A program made the translations under genes and the position numbers. A stretch of DNA of 64,000 nt from a candidate division WOR-3 bacterium (GTDB lineage: Bacteria; Hydrothermota; Tepidihabitantia; Tepidihabitantales; Tepidihabitantaceae). The notes beneath the pieces were generated by a model that saw only the letters and a list, made by a program, of their open reading frames with translations, had not been told where the DNA came from and ran no database searches. The stretch spans positions 32,001 through 96,000 of the forward strand of contig CBFGJX010000006.1 in assembly GCA_965649225.1 (NCBI GenBank), read 5' to 3'. Shown in pieces: positions 57,869 to 64,000 of this stretch (within the stretch, counting starts at the first letter, position 1; each line of letters starts with the position of its first letter).

Positions 57869-59352
57869 CTGGGTTCGACCAGGAGCTTGAAATCGGTCGG
57901 CTGCATCAGATAGTCGGTCTTGACATCAATCGCCAGCTCATAACGCCGGGCGAACTCACTCAGGCGGTCGTACCACTCGGTGGTCAGAAAATCGGTAATC
58001 GCCGGTGCTGCCAGTATTCGCAACCGCCGCCCGCGCAGTTTTGCCAGTCGGGTCAGGATCTGGCGTTCGATTTTCATCGCCACCTCGGCTCGCGACCGTA
58101 CCCGACCGGTACCCTTGCAACTCGGGCAGATTTCGTGCATCGCGTGCATCATCCCCGGCCGGGTCCGTTCCCGTGTCATCTCCAGCAGCCCGAAGCGGCT
58201 CATTTTGGAAAAGTCCGACTTGGCCCGGTCATTGGCGAGGTGAAGCTTCAGTTCGTTGATGACCTGCTCGGTATTCTTCGGGTCTTCCATGTCGATAAAG
58301 TCGATGATCAGCAGCCCGGCCAGGTCACGCAGCCGGATCTGGCGGGCGATTTCGGCCGCTGCCTCAAGATTGGTCTGCAGTATCAGCCGTTCCGGATCAT
58401 CCTCGCGCGCGGAACGGCCGGTGTTGACGTCAATCGCCACCATCGCCTCGGTCTGGTCGATGGTGATGAACCCGCCCGATTTCAGCCAGATTCGCTTCTG
58501 AAAAACCCGTTCGAGTTCGGCCTCGACGCCGGTCTGCTCCAGCAACGGTACTTCGCCTTTGTACAGCTCAACCCGGCGCCGGATCGAAGGCGCCACCCGG
58601 CTCAGATACTCGGTGATCTCCCGATAGGCAGCTTCGTTGTCGACGATCATCTTCTCGACATCGGAGCCGAACTGGTCGCGGACCAGTTTCACTCCGATTG
58701 ACGGCTCCTCATACACCACCGCCGGTGGTTTCGCCGCCTCGGCCCGGGCCCGGGTTTCTTCCCAGATTCGCTCGAGTCCCTCGTATTCGGCCCGCAGGTC
58801 CTCCGGTCGCGCCTCCTCGGCCAGCGTCCGGATGATCAGCCCGGCGTGGGGCGACTTCACTTTCCGCAATGCTTCCCGCAGCCGGCTGCGCACGCGCCGG
58901 TCGCGGATTCGTCGCGAAATTCCGATCCGCTGGCCATTGGGAAAATAAACCAGATAACGGCCCGGGATCGAAACGTAAGACGTCAGCCGTGCTCCCTTTT
59001 CGGCAAACGGGTCCTTGACGACCTGGACCAGTATCTCCTCGCCCTCTTCAATCGTTATGGTGCGGGGCTCGGACTTGCCTTTGCCGGACTTCTCTTCATC
59101 TTCGTCATCGAGTGCGTCGAATTCCGGTATCTCAACCAGCGGTAGAAAACCGTTCTTGCGCAGCCCGATATTGACAAAAGCACCGCGCAGACCCTTGACA
59201 ACATTCTCCACCCGACCCTTGTAGATCCGGCCGACAAGATTCTGCGTCTCCTCCCGCTCGATGTAGAACTCAACCAGCCGGTCGTTCTCGATGATCGCGA
59301 CCCGCGTCTCCCACTCGTTGGCGCTCAAGACGATCTTTGTCCTGACCTTCAT
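57865..59352 (-). CDS. rng: Rne/Rng family ribonuclease (RNase G-size)
   Basis: GRIYKGRV, AFVNIG, KGARLT, IDVNTG, RQIRLRDL.G...IDFIDM, GLLEMTR, CPSC.G.G. Confidence 0.93.
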   Translation of the reverse strand: MKVRTKIVLSANEWETRVAIIENDRLVEFYIEREETQNLVGRIYKGRVENVVKGLRGAFVNIGLRKNGFLPLVEIPEFDALDDEDEEKSGKGKSEPRTITIEEGEEILVQVVKDPFAEKGARLTSYVSIPGRYLVYFPNGQRIGISRRIRDRRVRSRLREALRKVKSPHAGLIIRTLAEEARPEDLRAEYEGLERIWEETRARAEAAKPPAVVYEEPSIGVKLVRDQFGSDVEKMIVDNEAAYREITEYLSRVAPSIRRRVELYKGEVPLLEQTGVEAELERVFQKRIWLKSGGFITIDQTEAMVAIDVNTGRSAREDDPERLILQTNLEAAAEIARQIRLRDLAGLLIIDFIDMEDPKNTEQVINELKLHLANDRAKSDFSKMSRFGLLEMTRERTRPGMMHAMHEICPSCKGTGRVRSRAEVAMKIERQILTRLAKLRGRRLRILAAPAITDFLTTEWYDRLSEFARRYELAIDVKTDYLMQPTDFKLLVEPS

Positions 59353-59355
59353 CCG

Positions 59356-61782
59356 TCAATCCTCCAGCGGCGTGCACAGCCGTTCCGCTGTGGCCGCAAA
59401 ACACTCAATTCGCCGGACCCGCAAACAGCGTGCCTCGGCCTCACTTATCGCAAACAGCTTTGCCAGTGTCGCAAACAGCTTCACGCCCGCCTCGACCGCA
59501 AGATCCAGCCGGATAAAACCGGCGGCAGTGGCACTGGCCTGCCGAACTCCCTCAAGCCGACCCGCCTGCTGACACAGTTCGTCAGCCGCCGCCGCACCCG
59601 CCGGCGGCACGACCTCATAGCGGGCAACATTGATGATACTGCCCAGCGAAGGGGCGTTGCGGGGCAGCAGCCGGGCGGCAACCACCCGCAGCCCGCGCGG
59701 CAGAAACGCTCCAAGGTCCCGGACAATGTTGCCGGTGTAGTGGTAGCCGAGAAACACATCGCAGTACTCACCGTCAGAGGTAGCACCAACCGGCAACGGC
59801 GGACCAAAGGAAAGCATCGGTTTCGGTGCGAAACCACGGGTATAGGCAACCGGCAGCTCGCTGCGGCGCAGCGAGCGGTAAAACGCCCGCACCCGGTCAA
59901 GATGCGCCGCAAACCGGAAACTCTCTTCGACCGTGTACTTCAGCCGGAAGCGGTTGCGCAGCTCCGCTGTCTCGGCACCAGCCCGTGCCCGGCGGGCGTA
60001 GACGCCGGTCGCGCCCCCGGGCTCGGTAACGGGTGCCGGTGGTGGCCGGCGGTCCGGGCAGACTCCACACCCGCTGCAGCCGGCATCCGGGCAGGCCGGT
60101 GTCGGCACACCGGCAAGGGCGCGCTCGTACTCTCTTTGCAGAAACTGACGACTGACGCCGATGTCAACGACGTCCCAGGGCAACGGTTGTCCCGGCAGCT
60201 TTTCGGCCAGAACCTCATCCGGGTCAATTCCCAGCTCGCTGCAGGCCCGTTGCCAGAGGTCAAACCGAAAGTACTCGGTCCACTCCTGAAACACGCCCCC
60301 GGCGCGGTAGACGTGCTCGATCACCGCGCCCACCCGCTCGTCACCACGCGCCAGCAGCGCCTGAACCCAGGAACTCTCGGGGTTCTCCCACTTCAGCCGA
60401 ATGTTACGCCTTCTGATCCCGGTCCGCAGCCGCTCGAGCTTCGCCCGCGTCTGCTCAACAGCCGCAAAACCAGCCCACTGCAACGGCGTATGTGGCTTGG
60501 GCACGAACGGGCTCAGATTGAAGCGAACCGGCCGCCCCCGACAAAGCTGACCGACTTCGTTGACAAAACGTCCGATTTCATCAACGTCGGCTTCGGTCTC
60601 GCCGGGCAGACCGATCATGAAATAAAGCTTCACCCCATTCCAGCCCGCGTCCAGCGCGTTGCGCACCGATTCCAGGATTCGTAGCTCTGATATGTGCTTG
60701 TTGATTACTCCCCGCAGCCGGTCGCTGGCAGTCTCCGGGGCAAACGTCAGGCCGGCCTTCTTCACCTCTTGCAGATTGAAGGCGAGCTCGGGCGAGAAAT
60801 CCTCGCCCCGGGTGGACGGCAGCGAAATCGAAACCCGCCGCTCGCGCAGCCGACCATTCAGCCGCTGCACCAGCTCCAGAATATCGGGATAGTCCAGTGC
60901 CGAAAGTGCCAGCAGCGACACCTCGTCCCAGCCGGTAGCTCGAATACCGCGCTCGGCGATACGGACGATCTGCTCAATGTCCCGGTAACGGGTCGGCCGA
61001 TTCATCATCCCGGCCTGGCAGAAGCGGCAGCCGCGCAGGCAGCCGCGGGCAATCTCAACCGTCAGCCGGTCGTGCGTCACTTCGCAGACTGGAACCAGCG
61101 GCGGAAACGGAAAATCCTCTTCCCGGAGCACCGCCACCGTCCGGCGGCGAACACTGCCCGGCACGCGCGGGCTGACGCTCGGGACGTAGACTCCTTCCAG
61201 CCGCGCCAGCTGCCCCAGCAGGTCGGACCGCTGCCAGCGTCCCTTTTCGGCAAAGAGTGTACTGATTTCACGCACCGGCTCCTCGCCGTCACCAATGACG
61301 AACACGTCCACAAACTCCTGCCACGGCAGCGGATTGGCCGCCACTGGCCCGCCCGCCACCACCAGCGGGAACCGATCATCGCGTTCCGTTCGCCGCAGCG
61401 GAATCTGGGCCAAGTCAAGTAAATAGGGCAGATTGGCGGCGGAGAGTTCACTCTGCAGCGATACGCCGAGAATATCAAAGTCCCGGACCGGCCGCTTCGA
61501 CTCCAGGGCATAAAGCGGCAGTCCGCGGGCGAGCATGATGCTGCCCAGGTCCGGCCACGGAGCGAAGACCCGGTCACAAACCGCGCCCTCGATCCGGTTA
61601 ATCACACTGTAGAGCACCCGCAGCCCGTAGTTGGACATGCCGATCTCATAAACCTCGGGCATGCCGAGAACCCAGCTCACACGGGCATTGTCGGGGTCGC
61701 GGGACAGGGCGTTGTATTCGCCGCCGGTGTATCGGATCGGTCTGGTTACGAGGGGTAGAACCTCGCTGATTCTTTCATCCAT
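59356..61782 (-). CDS. TIGR03960-type B12-binding radical SAM protein fused to a DUF2344 (TIGR03936-like) domain
   Basis: P.RY.GGE, YEIGMSN.G, RGC.RGCRFC, FAPE, KLYFMIGLP, FVPKPHTP; C-terminal HLD...GFAPKP..SFGPPLPVG; promoter TTGACT-N16-TAGTAT at 61824-61797. Confidence 0.88.
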   Translation of the reverse strand: MDERISEVLPLVTRPIRYTGGEYNALSRDPDNARVSWVLGMPEVYEIGMSNYGLRVLYSVINRIEGAVCDRVFAPWPDLGSIMLARGLPLYALESKRPVRDFDILGVSLQSELSAANLPYLLDLAQIPLRRTERDDRFPLVVAGGPVAANPLPWQEFVDVFVIGDGEEPVREISTLFAEKGRWQRSDLLGQLARLEGVYVPSVSPRVPGSVRRRTVAVLREEDFPFPPLVPVCEVTHDRLTVEIARGCLRGCRFCQAGMMNRPTRYRDIEQIVRIAERGIRATGWDEVSLLALSALDYPDILELVQRLNGRLRERRVSISLPSTRGEDFSPELAFNLQEVKKAGLTFAPETASDRLRGVINKHISELRILESVRNALDAGWNGVKLYFMIGLPGETEADVDEIGRFVNEVGQLCRGRPVRFNLSPFVPKPHTPLQWAGFAAVEQTRAKLERLRTGIRRRNIRLKWENPESSWVQALLARGDERVGAVIEHVYRAGGVFQEWTEYFRFDLWQRACSELGIDPDEVLAEKLPGQPLPWDVVDIGVSRQFLQREYERALAGVPTPACPDAGCSGCGVCPDRRPPPAPVTEPGGATGVYARRARAGAETAELRNRFRLKYTVEESFRFAAHLDRVRAFYRSLRRSELPVAYTRGFAPKPMLSFGPPLPVGATSDGEYCDVFLGYHYTGNIVRDLGAFLPRGLRVVAARLLPRNAPSLGSIINVARYEVVPPAGAAAADELCQQAGRLEGVRQASATAAGFIRLDLAVEAGVKLFATLAKLFAISEAEARCLRVRRIECFAATAERLCTPLED

Positions 61783-61973
61783 CAGCCGCTTGGCCAATAC
61801 TAGCTGCGACCGCAGACGAGTCAAGCCACCGGCATCGTCGTTCAATCAGTTTCACAGTCAGCGACTCTGCTGACCCTGCCGTGCGAATCATTACTGGTTT
61901 CAACCGGACCGGCCGTCTTCGGCCGACGGCGGATACCTTTTCCTGCACCAGTGGGCAGTCTCGCAATGTCGAC

Positions 61974-62990
61974 TCAAACACCGCCCAGAAACCGGTCGAA
62001 CTCATCCAGCCAGTCAGCAGTTGTCCTGCCGGCGGCAACTGCTTTTGTCAGTACGGCCCGGGCCGATTCGGCATCCAGTGGCGTCCAGCGCGTCCAGCGC
62101 GTCGGCCCGTAGTTCTGGTAGCCCTCGAGCGCTGCCGGTCGCTGCCCCAGCATCTCGGCCGCAGTCGCCAGCCGGACCTTGCCGCCGGCCGCCCGGTCAA
62201 AAACCAGCCGGTAGAACGCCGGGTAGCGATAGTCGCGAGCCAGGTGGTGATCAATCACCAGTTCCTTGAGTCCCGGCGCCGAGAGGATTCGGATGGTATT
62301 GATGATACTCTGCACCAGTTCGTGATCGGCGGCGAACTGCCCGAGCTGGTAGGTGGGATAGCCGTCCAGTACAACCGTTGACGGACGTGCCTGGCAGATC
62401 AGCTCCGCCGTCGCCCGGCTGACCGGGCCGCAGACATCGCTCGTCACGATTACCTTTTCCCTGCCGCGGCTGATCTCAGTCATGATCACCCGGCCCGGCT
62501 CGGCATCCTCGGCCCCGTGCGGTACCGCTGCCGAGAACGCCACCATCGTGCGGCCGAAACGAAACCGGCGGCCGTCGGCAATGATCAGTTCCTTCGGCAG
62601 CCCGTCAATTGTCTGAAACAACCGCCGCGCCGCTTCGGCCTGCCGCGCCGGCAGATCATCGGGGTCTTTGGCAAATACCACCCGGTCGCGATAAAGCGCA
62701 GGGTCACGACGCTCAAGAAAGTGGTCAAGATGATAATGGGACACTACCAGGACATCGGCATCGCGCCCGGCGGCGTAGATTGCCGCCTCGTACCGACCGG
62801 CCAGCTCCTCCCGCTGCGCGAGCGGCAGCGGGAAACTGTCCGGCTCTACCGAACACCCCGGGTCAATCAGCAGTTTGACATCGGGGGTGGCAATCCCGAC
62901 ACAGGCGGCCTTGACGCCGAGAGAATCGAACGCAAGGTACCCAACCCGGACCTGCGGACCTTGGCGAATGACCGGGTCGGTCAGCTTCAT
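61974..62990 (-). CDS. MBL-fold metallo-hydrolase, UPF0282-like
   Basis: AFDSLGV, IDPG, SHYHLDH, PHG, TSD..GP, LDGYPTY, IDHHL.RD, TAAE. Confidence 0.78.
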   Translation of the reverse strand: MKLTDPVIRQGPQVRVGYLAFDSLGVKAACVGIATPDVKLLIDPGCSVEPDSFPLPLAQREELAGRYEAAIYAAGRDADVLVVSHYHLDHFLERRDPALYRDRVVFAKDPDDLPARQAEAARRLFQTIDGLPKELIIADGRRFRFGRTMVAFSAAVPHGAEDAEPGRVIMTEISRGREKVIVTSDVCGPVSRATAELICQARPSTVVLDGYPTYQLGQFAADHELVQSIINTIRILSAPGLKELVIDHHLARDYRYPAFYRLVFDRAAGGKVRLATAAEMLGQRPAALEGYQNYGPTRWTRWTPLDAESARAVLTKAVAAGRTTADWLDEFDRFLGGV

Positions 62991-63793
62991 CGACCGACAA
63001 GCACCAGCAGATGGTAGAACGCCGGCAGGACGAACAGCAGGCTGTCGACACGGTCGAGGAATCCGCCGTGCTCACCCAGCAGCCGGGAACTGTCTTTCAT
63101 GCCGACTGCCCGCTTGAAAGTCGACTCAAACAGGTCCCCGGCCTGACCCAGTGTCGCCAGCGCCATCCCGACCGCAACCAGCCACCACCAAGGGCCGGCA
63201 CCGAACGGTCGCAGCCTGCCGAGCAGAAGCCCGGTGGCGATGCCCGAAGCCGCCAGTGCTGCGACATAACCCTCAACCGTCTTCTTCGGACTGACCTGCG
63301 GGGCAAGCGGACGACGTCCAATCAACGTGCCCACCAGCCAGGCAGCGCTGTCGGCGAGCCAGGTGATGCCCAGCGGGAAAAATGCCACCCAGCCGGACCA
63401 GCCGCGCTCTGCGACCAGATTGCGCAGCAGCACCAGATGCGCCGGCAGAAAACCGAGATAGAAAACGACAAATGCTCCATAGACAAACACCCGCGGTCGA
63501 GTCTCGCGTTCGGCGACCGAGAACAGCCACACTGCCCCGACAGCGGCAATCAGGCCAGCCGGCAACAGACCAAACCATGCCGCAATCACCAGCAGCAGAT
63601 TGGCACCGACCAGCAGCCATCGGCTCAACACAATCTCGGCCTGTCGGAGAATTGTCAGAAACTCGATTGTCGCAACCGTTGACCACACTGCCACGACCAT
63701 GGCCGTGACCGGCGGGGGCAGAAAAATCGCCGCCGAAACCACGGTCCCCAGCGCCAGCCCGACCACCAGCCGCTGCAATAGCCTAGTCTTCAT
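62987..63793 (-). CDS. cdsA: Phosphatidate cytidylyltransferase
   Basis: [31 protein letters not shown]; start moved to ATG 63793. Confidence 0.93.
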   Translation of the reverse strand: MKTRLLQRLVVGLALGTVVSAAIFLPPPVTAMVVAVWSTVATIEFLTILRQAEIVLSRWLLVGANLLLVIAAWFGLLPAGLIAAVGAVWLFSVAERETRPRVFVYGAFVVFYLGFLPAHLVLLRNLVAERGWSGWVAFFPLGITWLADSAAWLVGTLIGRRPLAPQVSPKKTVEGYVAALAASGIATGLLLGRLRPFGAGPWWWLVAVGMALATLGQAGDLFESTFKRAVGMKDSSRLLGEHGGFLDRVDSLLFVLPAFYHLLVLVGR

Positions 63794-64000
63794 CAATCCG
63801 TCCGAACCGCCGGCGCCGCTGGCGGTAGTCGGCGAGTGCCTCTTTGATACCGGCTGCTCGGAAATCAGGCCAGAGCACGTCGGTGAAATAGAACTCGGTA
63901 TAGGCGCACTGCCAGAGCAGGAAGTTCGAAATCCGCCGCTCGCCGCCGGTCCGGATGAGCAGGTCGGGGTCAGGCAGCCCTGGTTCATACAACAGTCGGG
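63783..64000 (-). CDS. uppS: Isoprenyl transferase (undecaprenyl diphosphate synthase), 3' part; runs off the window
   Basis: [32 protein letters not shown]; upstream of cdsA. Confidence 0.95.
   Translation of the reverse strand, partial: RLLYEPGLPDPDLLIRTGGERRISNFLLWQCAYTEFYFTDVLWPDFRAAGIKEALADYRQRRRRFGRIDED

Overview
A GC-rich, gene-dense bacterial chromosome segment with about 65 CDS and 2 tRNAs. I see no rRNA, CRISPR array, transposase or prophage. Gene content points to an anaerobic Gram-negative organism: a class III RNR, an Hdr-Flx complex, an S8 peptidase with a T9SS-like C-terminal domain, a Wzi-like barrel, a long GreA, a tandem ThyX and a DUF6754 cluster. An FCB-associated candidate phylum such as WOR-3 is my guess; this is inference only. 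Most of the window is housekeeping: thyX, guaB, secDF, pdxJ, ribBA-ribH-nusB, nadA, scpA, cysS, sppA, greA, tsaC, thiL, nrdR-nrdD, rng, cdsA, uppS. Four things stand out. (1) An operon of arsR, a Met-rich repeat protein and hdrCBA-flxDCBA. (2) A four-gene uncharacterised membrane complex built around DUF6754, co-transcribed with mazG and a Wzi-like barrel. (3) A readable promoter grammar, TTGACN-N16/17-TANNNT, which predicts many leaderless mRNAs and often embeds the -35 box in the upstream gene's TGA stop. (4) An orphan consensus promoter driving a structured candidate RNA after guaB. All family assignments come from recognising motifs by eye, not from database searches. Several start codons were moved relative to the supplied ORF track.
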